This document shows, piece by piece, positions 51,425 through 59,427 of a stretch of 64,000 bases of DNA. The position numbers and the translations under genes are program-made. Under the pieces are notes generated by a model. It was given only the letters and a program-made list of their open reading frames with translations, had not been told where the DNA came from and did no database searches. The stretch's first letter is position 1, and every line of letters begins with the position of its first letter. This DNA comes from Patescibacteria group bacterium (GTDB lineage Bacteria > Patescibacteriota > Patescibacteriia > Patescibacteriales > UBA12465): the NCBI GenBank assembly GCA_041661685.1, contig JBAZTY010000001.1, positions 320,691-384,690 on the forward strand. Reading direction: 5' to 3'.

Positions 51425-53287
51425 TTAATAAACAATCACATCCCCCTCATTCAAACCGCTTATTGCTTCGACTTTCTTGCCATCAGTAAATCCGGTTGTG
51501 ACATTAACAATAGTTCCATCTTGCTTCTCGACCGACGGCTTACCGCCGATATTATGAACAGCGGCGACTGGGATTGATAAGACGCCCGGAGCTTCAGAAG
51601 TGATGAACTCAAGCGAAGCGGTCATACCTTCTCTGATCTGAGAGGTTTCGGTATTAGTCATCAGGACGCGGACGAGATAAGTAACAATACCGTTAGCGCT
51701 GGTTTCGGAAGTCAGGGAGATGAAACTTATTTCACCGCTCAGATTAACGCCGTCGACAGCATCAAAAGTGACCGTCGCTTTCTCGCCGACCTTCATCTTA
51801 CTGATATCAGCCTCCTCAATATTCGCTTCAATAAATAAAGTATCGTTATTAATTATAGAGGCCATGGTCTTGTCAGTGGCATCACTCATAATGATATCAC
51901 CGGTCTTATAATTGAGAGCCGCGATGACGCCGTCTATCGGCGAAGTCAGAGTCGCTTGCTCGACATTGTATTTCGCCCTATCGACGGAAACGGCCGCCGA
52001 GGTTAATTGAGACTGAGCCGAGGCCGTGTCAGCAGAAGAAGGCTTAATCAGGATATTATAATCGTTCTTCGCTTGTTCCAAGGCGATTTCGCGAGATTTG
52101 ACTGAAATGGTCGCGTTATTTATATTTTGCTCGGATTGGCTTTTCGTGGTCGCTAAATCATTGACCGCCTTAGTATAAGACAGCTGGTATTGATTGAGAC
52201 TGCTCTTAGCATTACTAATCGACTGGACGGAACTATCCAAACTCGAAAGAGAGGAATTAACGCTGCTGCGATCGGAACTGACCGTAGACTTAAAGCCGTC
52301 AAGCTTAGTCTGCGACATACCGGTAGAAATGACCGTCGCTTCCATCAGGTTCTGCAGATCGAAAAGATGATTCTGAAAAATTATCAAAACGGCGTCGGCT
52401 TTTACGGCCGCACTATCGATTGCCGCCGTGTTAGAAACTGATAATAAATTAACGAGCGCATCTAATTCATTCCTAGCCTGCTTAGCCGCGGTATAGCTGC
52501 TCTTAGCAACGCCGTAAGAAGTAGAATCTTTCGCTCCTAAGACATCCTTGAAATCGGAATTGATCATAGTATCGTCGACGCCAAGAATGCTATCAGAATC
52601 GCGCAGAGTCTTCTGCAGCGAAATATTAATAGATTTGATCGTGCTAATAAGCGCAGTATAAGCATCGCGCACAATTTCGCTGTCGTTCACATCGCTATTT
52701 ATCTTTAAGTTATTCTGCGCCGTTTGGACATTCATTTCGGCGTTAGTAATACTTTGAGCGGTGGTGGATTTGGTCTGTTCCAAGCTTATCTTCGCCTGAT
52801 CGAGCGAAACCTGCGCCTGATCTACGGACGCTTTAGATTTACTGACCGTGCTGGCCGTCGGAGATACCTTAGCATTATAATTAGCTAACGCGGATTGATA
52901 GCTGGCGTAAGCGTTGCGCAATTCGAATTCCAGAGTTTCTGTCTTAACGGAAGCGATCTTATCGCCCTTCTTGATCTTATCGCCTTCCTTGACATAGACA
53001 TTACTCACCTCAAGATTACCGCTAACCGGAAAAGATAATTTAACTCCGTCTTTCGCGGTTACCTTGCCGGTCGAACTGACAGATATCTTCAAATCTTCCT
53101 TCTTAACCGTCGCCTGCTTCTGCTGGACAGCCACAGCCGCTTGCTTATTATTATAGAAGAAAAAATAATAGGATGCGCCGGCAATGATCAGAATAGCGCC
53201 GCCGATGATTAGAAATTTTTTCTTAAAAAGGAAGCCGAAGAAACCGTGCTTCGCTTTTTTGCTTTCTTCGAGAATTGATTGAGCCAT
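51425..53287 (-). CDS. HlyD/MacA-family periplasmic adaptor-like protein with a very long coiled coil
   Basis: 620 aa. N-terminal TM (FLIIGGAILIIAGASYYFFF), lipoyl-like VYVKEGDKIKKGDKIASV, about 300 aa of Ser/Thr/Gln/Asn-rich heptad-like sequence, a second lipoyl half (PIDGVIAALNYKTGDII), and beta-barrel/MP-like C-terminal parts. Confidence 0.8.
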   Translation of the reverse strand: MAQSILEESKKAKHGFFGFLFKKKFLIIGGAILIIAGASYYFFFYNNKQAAVAVQQKQATVKKEDLKISVSSTGKVTAKDGVKLSFPVSGNLEVSNVYVKEGDKIKKGDKIASVKTETLEFELRNAYASYQSALANYNAKVSPTASTVSKSKASVDQAQVSLDQAKISLEQTKSTTAQSITNAEMNVQTAQNNLKINSDVNDSEIVRDAYTALISTIKSINISLQKTLRDSDSILGVDDTMINSDFKDVLGAKDSTSYGVAKSSYTAAKQARNELDALVNLLSVSNTAAIDSAAVKADAVLIIFQNHLFDLQNLMEATVISTGMSQTKLDGFKSTVSSDRSSVNSSLSSLDSSVQSISNAKSSLNQYQLSYTKAVNDLATTKSQSEQNINNATISVKSREIALEQAKNDYNILIKPSSADTASAQSQLTSAAVSVDRAKYNVEQATLTSPIDGVIAALNYKTGDIIMSDATDKTMASIINNDTLFIEANIEEADISKMKVGEKATVTFDAVDGVNLSGEISFISLTSETSANGIVTYLVRVLMTNTETSQIREGMTASLEFITSEAPGVLSIPVAAVHNIGGKPSVEKQDGTIVNVTTGFTDGKKVEAISGLNEGDVIVY

Positions 53288-53294
53288 AGATTTA

Positions 53295-53966
53295 TTAATT
53301 AATAAGGACGAATTCCGCTATCTTTCTTCCAGTAGTAACAGCCGTGGTACTAGCGGTAGTGCTAGCGCTAGCAACCCCATCTGCGCCAACGGCGCTTACC
53401 CAAACAGTAATATTCTTATCGGCCGTAATATCGGCCAGAGTCGCTTCAACCATGGTCCTATTGTTGCCGCTGACATCCATCTTCAGCATTCTGATACCGA
53501 CCGGAATGATTATTTTTTCTTCACCAGTACTCATTTCTTTTAGTTTCGCGAGCATCTGCGCTCTAGTTTCAGTAGTCTGCTCCCCAGGACCACCTGCGCC
53601 GCCCATCATCCCTCCTCCGCCCGGAACGCCGCTCGGAATGCCGCTCGCGCCGACTAAGCTGACTGCATTTTTAGATGCCACCCCGGCTGCGCCGGCTTGG
53701 TCTTGCCCCGGAGTAGAACTAGCATTGCGTCCGCCGGCCGGCATATCAATCTTCAAAACAGTCACTTCGTTACCGACGATGCTTTTAACAATGCCTCTGA
53801 TATCTGGCATACGATCGGGCTGCCCAAAATCCGGCTGACGCATCTGACCTGGCCGGCCAGTATCCAACCCGGCTTGATTATCCGCGGTTTGGGAAGACTT
53901 GGCGCAACCGGTCAAGACTAATGATAAAGCCAAAAAAGAGATGGAAGCGAAAAAAAGTTTTTTCAT
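53295..53966 (-). CDS. Hypothetical lipoprotein, Gly/Met-rich centre
   Basis: 223 aa. Lipobox LVLTGC. Has a low-complexity Pro/Gly/Met stretch (GVPGGGGMMGGAGGPG). First gene of the exporter operon. Confidence 0.7.
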   Translation of the reverse strand: MKKLFFASISFLALSLVLTGCAKSSQTADNQAGLDTGRPGQMRQPDFGQPDRMPDIRGIVKSIVGNEVTVLKIDMPAGGRNASSTPGQDQAGAAGVASKNAVSLVGASGIPSGVPGGGGMMGGAGGPGEQTTETRAQMLAKLKEMSTGEEKIIIPVGIRMLKMDVSGNNRTMVEATLADITADKNITVWVSAVGADGVASASTTASTTAVTTGRKIAEFVLIN

Positions 53967-54063
53967 AGCTTTTTTATTATATATTAAGATATTATAATCT
54001 TATCACGAACCCTACTTTTTAAAAATATGCCGACAAAATAATGTTAAGAGCGTCTATAGACAA

Positions 54064-54091
54064 TAATACGCCCGACAACCGATATTTCTTC
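54064..54091 (-). promoter_or_regulatory. ECF-type promoter candidate (copy 3) for the lipoprotein-HlyD-ABC operon
   Basis: Minus strand GAAGAAAT (54091..54084), 11 nt, then GGCGTATTA (54072..54064). Same words and spacing as at 56523..56496. Lies directly after a terminator. Confidence 0.55.
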
Positions 54092-54099
54092 TCTGTTTA

Positions 54100-54129
54100 C
54101 ACAAAAACAACCCGCATCAGGCAGGTTGT
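54100..54129 (-). terminator. Rho-independent terminator after the small lipoprotein gene
   Basis: Minus strand ACAACCTGC-ctgat-GCGGGTTGT (9 bp including one G-U) followed by TTTTGTG. Lies 14 nt after the stop at 54143. Confidence 0.7.
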
Positions 54130-54142
54130 CTTCTGTTAATCT

Positions 54143-54358
54143 TCAATTAGCCGGAGCGCCTGCGGGCGGAGTTCCGCCGCCATCCGGAGGAGTCATTCCC
54201 TCGGGCGGAGTTCCGCCGTCCGGAGGCGTACCCATCTCGCCACCAGCTGGCGTACCAGCGGTCGATCCCGTCAGCGAAACTTTGCTGCAGCCGGTCAAGA
54301 AGACTAGCGGAAGCAGAAGAAAAGCTGAAACTAACACGATCTTCTTCATTTTCTTCAT
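54143..54358 (-). CDS. Small Pro/Gly-rich lipoprotein
   Basis: 71 aa. MKKMKKIVLVSAFLLLPLVFLTGC lipobox, then GTPAGGEMGTPPDGGTPPEGMTPPDGGGTPPAGAPAN. The mirror ORF on the + strand (54126..54371) lacks any signal peptide or start context. Confidence 0.6.
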   Translation of the reverse strand: MKKMKKIVLVSAFLLLPLVFLTGCSKVSLTGSTAGTPAGGEMGTPPDGGTPPEGMTPPDGGGTPPAGAPAN

Positions 54359-54390
54359 ACTGATATTTTAATTAAATTGGCTACTCGTCA

Positions 54391-54891
54391 TTATTTCTGG
54401 CCGCGACCTTCGCCATGACCCAAACCTTGGCCCATTCCTAATCCCATACCCAGGCCTTGGCCCATGCCCGGACCGTCAACGCCCAAATCCTTCATAATCG
54501 CATCAGCCTGCAAACGAAGCTTCATCGCTTCCGCATACTTACTGAAATTATCGGCGGTAATTTTGGCTAGCATCGGACAATCTTCATTTATCGCCTTTTC
54601 GGCCGCTACCCAAGCGTTATAATCAGAGGCGGTCAAAGCCGCTCTAACCGCAGTCATTTTTGTTTCCATTTCTGTCCGCCTGGCCTCAACCGCCGCCTTC
54701 TGGGCTTCGGTCATATTCTCCGGCCTGATTCGAGCTTCTTTCGCTAATCCGCGACCATAGCCGCTTCCAACCGCATTAGCAGTACTGGCAGCAGCCGTAT
54801 CGGTCGCGGCGCTAGCCATCAAAATTCCGCTCGTCAGCACCGATATAGCAGAGAAAGCGATGGCTCCTTTGGTAAGGTTATTTAGTTTCAT
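54391..54891 (-). CDS. Secreted helical protein with a Gly/Met-rich C-terminal tail
   Basis: 166 aa. Signal peptide (AISVLTSGILMASAA), helical core (NMTEAQKAAVEARRTEMETKM...) and tail GPGMGQGLGMGLGMGQGLGHGEGRGQK. Only loosely reminiscent of CpxP/Spy/ZraP-type proteins. Confidence 0.7.
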   Translation of the reverse strand: MKLNNLTKGAIAFSAISVLTSGILMASAATDTAAASTANAVGSGYGRGLAKEARIRPENMTEAQKAAVEARRTEMETKMTAVRAALTASDYNAWVAAEKAINEDCPMLAKITADNFSKYAEAMKLRLQADAIMKDLGVDGPGMGQGLGMGLGMGQGLGHGEGRGQK

Positions 54892-54938
54892 ATTTTTGTC
54901 AGTTAGTTAATAAGTTAAGCAATGACTAATCTTTTGGC

Positions 54939-54961
54939 GGAAAGGAGGGCCCTCGTTTTCC
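54939..54961. promoter_or_regulatory. Imperfect inverted repeat in the 5' leader of 54391..54891
   Basis: GGAAAG-GAGGGCCCTC-GTTTTCC. A perfect 10-bp palindromic core flanked by AAA/TTT and GG/CC pairs. No U-tract follows on the coding (minus) strand. Confidence 0.3.
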
Positions 54962-54972
54962 TTCGTACTTGA

Positions 54973-55000
54973 TAATACGCAATTAAAAAAATATTTCTTC
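54973..55000 (-). promoter_or_regulatory. ECF-type promoter candidate (copy 2) for the Gly/Met-tail protein gene
   Basis: Minus strand GAAGAAAT (55000..54993), 11 nt, then TGCGTATTA (54981..54973). Lies immediately after the terminator at 55003..55025. Confidence 0.5.
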
Positions 55001-55002
55001 AG

Positions 55003-55025
55003 AAAAAAATCCGCCATCCGGCGGA
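55003..55025. terminator. Rho-independent terminator of the sigma/membrane-protein operon
   Basis: Minus strand TCCGCC-ggat-GGCGGA followed by TTTTTTTCT. Starts 6 nt after the stop at 55031. Confidence 0.75.
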
Positions 55026-55030
55026 AATTT

Positions 55031-55876
55031 TTAGCGAGTTGGCCTGTCTTGAATCATATCCAGCCGTATCACTTCGGCCGGGATGGGACGCGGCGGCAGC
55101 GGCCTCGGACAATTATCCTGCAAACAAGGGCCGCGATGTTCCTTAATGCCGGGACGGTCAAAGAAGCGTCGCCCGGGAACGAGCGGTTTAATAAAGTCGG
55201 CGCGGAATATATTTTCTTCGATAACCTCGCCGACAAGATTGACCGGTTCACCGACTTTAAAAAAATCAGACAGGTAAAAATCAGCGTGCAGATTCTGACC
55301 GGTAATCTGCCAAGATTCTCCGGCCGGATCAACCAGGTAAAAATTTCCATCCGCGACTTCGCTGACAATCACACCGGCCAAGCGGCCTTCATCAGGATTA
55401 AACCAGAATGACAATTGGCGGTTGATAACAGTCTCATACAGAGGCGCGCGTTCTCCCAGGACATTATCAATCGCTTGCCCTACTCCGAACAAGAATAAGA
55501 TGCTGCCCAAAATAAAGCTGGCCAGGATGCCGGAAACGGCGATCAGCCAGACCGGATAGCGATAGCCCTTAGTGGTATGCTTAACGTTATAATAAAGGAC
55601 GAAGACGAAGATTCCCAAAAAGACTATCCAAAAATAGGGCATGGTCAGCAGGAAGAATTCCAGGACGCTCTTATTAGTCTGCGCCTGCAATTCCCAACCG
55701 TTATTCTTCAGAAGATAAATCATAACCGAGACGGCGACCGCCCCGATCAAGAGCGCCAAAGCGCCAGCCAGCCAGACGACCTGGTTCTTCAATAAAAAAT
55801 GCCAACGCGGCTTAGGCGCCATCTTCTCTTCTCTTATCTTCTCGACCAATTTCTGATCAAATTCTTTATGTTCCAT
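55031..55876 (-). CDS. Membrane protein co-transcribed with the ECF sigma factor (putative anti-sigma partner)
   Basis: 281 aa, 4 nt downstream of the sigma gene. Short cytoplasmic N-terminus, about 4 TM helices, and a C-terminal soluble domain. No HxxxCxxC zinc anti-sigma motif, so the role is inferred from position only. Confidence 0.65.
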   Translation of the reverse strand: MEHKEFDQKLVEKIREEKMAPKPRWHFLLKNQVVWLAGALALLIGAVAVSVMIYLLKNNGWELQAQTNKSVLEFFLLTMPYFWIVFLGIFVFVLYYNVKHTTKGYRYPVWLIAVSGILASFILGSILFLFGVGQAIDNVLGERAPLYETVINRQLSFWFNPDEGRLAGVIVSEVADGNFYLVDPAGESWQITGQNLHADFYLSDFFKVGEPVNLVGEVIEENIFRADFIKPLVPGRRFFDRPGIKEHRGPCLQDNCPRPLPPRPIPAEVIRLDMIQDRPTR

Positions 55877-55880
55877 ATGT

Positions 55881-56465
55881 TTATAAGATGATTTTCTGCT
55901 TGATGAGTTCTTTCTTGAACTCGCTCTTGGCCTTGTTAATCATGGAGGCGACCGTCCCGGCCGGCTTCCGGATGATATCGGAAATTTCCTGATAATTCTT
56001 CTCTTCCAGGAACTTCAATATCAAAATATCGCGATACTTCTGGTCCAGCCCGCTTAGTACCCTGGCGATATTATGTTTCATGATATTTAGGTCGGCGCCG
56101 GCTTCTATGTCAATATCCGCAGCCAGGCTTAAAGCGGCTTTATCTTCGATATTAATAGCATAACCTTCCGGCCGCGCCTTGAGCTTCCGGTGCTGGCTGA
56201 TGACCTGATTGTGGGTAATCCGATATATCCAGGAAGAAAATTTCAAATCTGTATCAAAACCGTTGAGATTAAGATAAACCTTGATAAAGACTTCCTGGAG
56301 GATATCTTCAGCATCGTCATCATTGATATTAGTCAGGCGGCGGATATAATTCATCAGCTTGCCCTTATACCGGTCGACTAGATATAAAAAGTTGTCCTGG
56401 TTTTCCAGGGTCAGACTGACAAGCTCCGCATCGCTTAAGTTTTGCGCGCCAACGGCATCGATCAT
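55881..56465 (-). CDS. ECF (group 4) RNA polymerase sigma factor
   Basis: 194 aa. Region 2 (DAEDILQEVFIKVYLNLNGF ... FSSWIYRITHNQVISQHRK) and region 4 (YRDILILKFLEEKNYQEISDIIRKPAGTVASMINKAKSEFKK). Confidence 0.9.
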   Translation of the reverse strand: MIDAVGAQNLSDAELVSLTLENQDNFLYLVDRYKGKLMNYIRRLTNINDDDAEDILQEVFIKVYLNLNGFDTDLKFSSWIYRITHNQVISQHRKLKARPEGYAINIEDKAALSLAADIDIEAGADLNIMKHNIARVLSGLDQKYRDILILKFLEEKNYQEISDIIRKPAGTVASMINKAKSEFKKELIKQKIIL

Positions 56466-56495
56466 GCTATAGTTAGATTATATTATCGGTCAAGT

Positions 56496-56523
56496 TAATA
56501 CGCCGAAAAGGCATAATTTCTTC
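56496..56523 (-). promoter_or_regulatory. ECF-type promoter candidate (copy 1), putative autoregulated promoter of the sigma gene
   Basis: Minus strand GAAGAAAT (56523..56516), 11 nt, then GGCGTATTA (56504..56496). Ends 30 nt upstream of the sigma ATG and overlaps the stop codon of the upstream FAD gene. Confidence 0.55.
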
Positions 56524-57766
56524 AATCCATCTTAGCCTGGACCGCCGCTTCGCCAGCGATGCGGCCCGTGCTCCAGCAAGCTTGAAGGTTAAAGCCGCCG
56601 GTCGGTCCGGCAATATCTAAGGCCTCTCCGGCCACGAAAAGATTAGAAATGATCTTGGAGCGCATCGTCTTCGGATCGACTTCTTTCAGGTCTAAGCCGC
56701 CCGCGGTCAGCATCGCTCGGTCATATCCGTCTAGGCCCTTAATCCCGAGACGAAAATCTTTCAATAACGCTCCCAGCCGGCGGCGTTCATCCTTAGTGAC
56801 CGAATTAGCTGGCTTTTCCATATCGAGATGAGCAAGAGAGCCGACAACAGGCATGAGCCGAGACGGCAATATTCCGGCCAAGCTATTCCTGGCCGATTTA
56901 TTATTGCCCAAGAATATTCCCTGCAGCTCATCATCCAGATCTTCTATAAAAGTATCGGCAAAAAAATCTAGCGATATTTCTAAGTTCTGATTAATTGGCA
57001 AGCTGATAAAGCGACTCAAGTTCAAAGCGGCCGGACCGCTCAGGCCATTAGCGGTAAAAAGGATATCCCCTTCGGTGGCGGCTATCTTCCTCCCGTCCTG
57101 CCATAAACTAAGGGCGATTTCTTCCCGACTAAGGCCTTCCAGCTCAGGAATAAAAGCATCTTTCAATAATATTGGAACTAAGGCCGGAGACGGCGTGATA
57201 ATATTATGGCCCATCCGGCGCAGCCATTCATAAGCGTCGCCGCTCGAGCCGGTGGTCGGATACGAACGTCCGCCGGTCGCGATGATATAATTAATGGCTT
57301 TGATCTTCTTACCGTCAGCTAAGACTACTTCTGCTATCTTGCCTTTATCAATTAAAATATTCTTGACGGCCGCGCTCGTCATGATTTCGACGCCAGCCGC
57401 CTGCGCATAATCGACTAAAATTTTCAAGACTTCGCGGGCATTATCGCTCGCCGGAAAAACTCGATTATTATCTTCAATCTTCGTAGCTAGGCCGCGGTTA
57501 TTAAAAAATTCAATTGTTTCTTTCGGTCCGAAACGCGAAAAGGCGGAAATTAAAAAACGGCCTGCTGAGCCGAAATTAGTCGCCAATATCTTAGAATCGG
57601 GAATATTATTAGTCAGATTGCAGCGTGTGCCGCCAGTCATAAGCAGCTTAAGGCCGACAGATCCATTCTTCTCGAGGATGATGACCTTAGCTCCCTCTTC
57701 GCCGGCTCGGCCAGCCGCCATCAATCCAGAAGCGCCGCCGCCGATAACTGCCACGTCATATACCAT
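56522..57766 (-). CDS. HI0933/BaiN-like NAD(P)/FAD-dependent oxidoreductase
   Basis: 414 aa. YDVAVIGGGASGLMAA dinucleotide fold, GGTRCNLTN, and C-terminal FVAGEALDIAGPTGGFNLQACWSTG, typical of this flavoprotein family. Confidence 0.88.
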   Translation of the reverse strand: MVYDVAVIGGGASGLMAAGRAGEEGAKVIILEKNGSVGLKLLMTGGTRCNLTNNIPDSKILATNFGSAGRFLISAFSRFGPKETIEFFNNRGLATKIEDNNRVFPASDNAREVLKILVDYAQAAGVEIMTSAAVKNILIDKGKIAEVVLADGKKIKAINYIIATGGRSYPTTGSSGDAYEWLRRMGHNIITPSPALVPILLKDAFIPELEGLSREEIALSLWQDGRKIAATEGDILFTANGLSGPAALNLSRFISLPINQNLEISLDFFADTFIEDLDDELQGIFLGNNKSARNSLAGILPSRLMPVVGSLAHLDMEKPANSVTKDERRRLGALLKDFRLGIKGLDGYDRAMLTAGGLDLKEVDPKTMRSKIISNLFVAGEALDIAGPTGGFNLQACWSTGRIAGEAAVQAKMD

Positions 57767-57771
57767 ATATA

Positions 57772-58167
57772 TTATAGAGGACGGCGAGCGGTCTTATTTA
57801 TCTCCGCTAATAAATCCCCGATGACAAAAGGCTTTTCGATTACTCCTTTGACGACGGTCAGGGCGCTAAATCTTTCTAGTGATTGATGAAATTCTCCCGG
57901 AGGAATCGGCAAGGCCGAGGACATAAGGAGGACCGGAATTTCTCGCAGCTGGTAATTCTTCATCATAGCCTGGCAGACGTCCATGCCGCTCACAGTCGGC
58001 ATCATAATATCTAAAAGCACTAGATCATAATCGGGATGAGCCGCCATCTTATCAAGCCCTTCTTGGCCGCCGTAAGCCATATCAATCTCGAATGAAGCCT
58101 GGCTCAGGAGCAAGGCTTTAAGAGTAGTGACTGTACTGACGTCGTTATCGACGATAAGGATTTTCAT
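57772..58167 (-). CDS. Single-domain CheY-like response regulator (paralog 2)
   Basis: 131 aa. MKILIVDND, phospho-acceptor context LVLLDIMMP, LMSSA and EKP. No output domain. Confidence 0.88.
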   Translation of the reverse strand: MKILIVDNDVSTVTTLKALLLSQASFEIDMAYGGQEGLDKMAAHPDYDLVLLDIMMPTVSGMDVCQAMMKNYQLREIPVLLMSSALPIPPGEFHQSLERFSALTVVKGVIEKPFVIGDLLAEINKTARRPL

Positions 58168-58177
58168 ATTGACCGTC

Positions 58178-58567
58178 TTATTTCTTATCTACGATGCGAT
58201 GGATCTCGGCTAATAAATCGTCGACGACGAAAGGCTTTTCCAAAACTCCCTTAACAACGTTCAAAGCCTTGAACTCAGCCATCAGATCGCCGAGCTCTTT
58301 CGAGGTTATCGGCAAAGCCGAAGCGAGCATGACCGGAATCTGCTTCAATTTTTCATTGGTCGCCATCGCGCGGCAGACTTCGATGCCGCTAAAATCAGGC
58401 ATCATGATATCAAGAATGAGCAAATCATAAGGCGGTTCGGCAATCATCTTATTCAAGCCTTCGCGGCCAGCGTAGACTACGTCGATATCAAAACTTTCCT
58501 GACTCATGAGCAGAGCCTTGAGAGTAGTGGCGGCGCTGATATCGTCATCAATAATTAAGATTTTCAT
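58178..58567 (-). CDS. Single-domain CheY-like response regulator (paralog 1)
   Basis: 129 aa. MKILIIDDD, LLILDIMMP, MLASA and EKP. Roughly half of the positions are identical to the adjacent receiver, by eye. Confidence 0.88.
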   Translation of the reverse strand: MKILIIDDDISAATTLKALLMSQESFDIDVVYAGREGLNKMIAEPPYDLLILDIMMPDFSGIEVCRAMATNEKLKQIPVMLASALPITSKELGDLMAEFKALNVVKGVLEKPFVVDDLLAEIHRIVDKK

Positions 58568-58652
58568 AATGTTTTATCTAAAAAATGATTAAATCTAACC
58601 TAAGATAATTATAACCTATTTCGAGAAAAATTAGAATATTTCCAAACTTAGG

Positions 58653-59066
58653 CTATTGAACGATAATCTTGCCGGTCATCGTCGGATGAATCGAGCAACT
58701 ATACTCGAAGATTCCGGTATTACTAAAAGTATAAGAAAAGCTTTGGCCTTCATTTAAATTATCTGAATTAAAAGCCGTGGACTTTATCTGATGAGAGACA
58801 ACATCGCTATTAGTCCAAGTGACAGTCGTCCCCGGCTTGATATTCAAAAGGCTGGGCGAAAAGGAAAAATTGCTGATATCAACAGCGACCGGAACAGGAA
58901 CGGGCGCAGAGGCAGCTGCTGGGTCAGAACCGGTTGACGGCAAACCAACAACCCCAGGCTGAGTAGGCTGAGTAGGTTGATTAGTCTGAGCAGTCTTAGC
59001 TGCGCCGCAACCACCGATAACCAGAACGATGACGGTCAAGGCCGCTAAACTGATAATCTTTTTCAT
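58653..59066 (-). CDS. Cupredoxin-like lipoprotein (type-1 copper site pattern)
   Basis: 137 aa. Lipobox VIGGCGA and a Pro/Thr/Gln linker. The beta-sandwich carries VSHQI ... YSCSIHPTMTGKIIV, the His...Cys-x2-His-x2-Met ligand pattern. Confidence 0.8.
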   Translation of the reverse strand: MKKIISLAALTVIVLVIGGCGAAKTAQTNQPTQPTQPGVVGLPSTGSDPAAASAPVPVPVAVDISNFSFSPSLLNIKPGTTVTWTNSDVVSHQIKSTAFNSDNLNEGQSFSYTFSNTGIFEYSCSIHPTMTGKIIVQ

Positions 59067-59124
59067 ATTTTTAAATTAATTGATATGGCAATTTTACCAT
59101 TTTTCGGAGTTTCTGTAAATTTAG

Positions 59125-59427
59125 CTAACGAGCCAGAAATAAGTAGATTAGGTAAGCCAAAGCCGCGTTCTGAATCATGAGCAAAGGGATGCCGATGAGA
59201 AAATACCATTTCTGCGTCTTATGGCGGAAAGCGAACATGCCTAAGTAAACGCCCAGGCTACCGAAGGCGGTAGCCAAGAAGAACATCTTACCTTCGGAGA
59301 TTCTCTTCGCATCCTGCCCCGTCGAGCTGACTTTGTCAGCTAACATGATCAAGAAGGCGAGGAGATTGATCGCTAAGAGCGGAACTAGGATATAAAGCGA
59401 TTGATCAGATATTTCCAGATTATTCAT
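59125..59427 (-). CDS. DUF1294 membrane protein
   Basis: Track ORF extends to 59502. The likely start is MNNLEISDQS (ATG at 59427), overlapping the upstream stop by 8 nt. Has the DUF1294 pattern RISEGKMFFLATAFGSLGVYLGMFAFRHKTQKWYF. Confidence 0.75.
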   Translation of the reverse strand: MNNLEISDQSLYILVPLLAINLLAFLIMLADKVSSTGQDAKRISEGKMFFLATAFGSLGVYLGMFAFRHKTQKWYFLIGIPLLMIQNAALAYLIYLFLAR

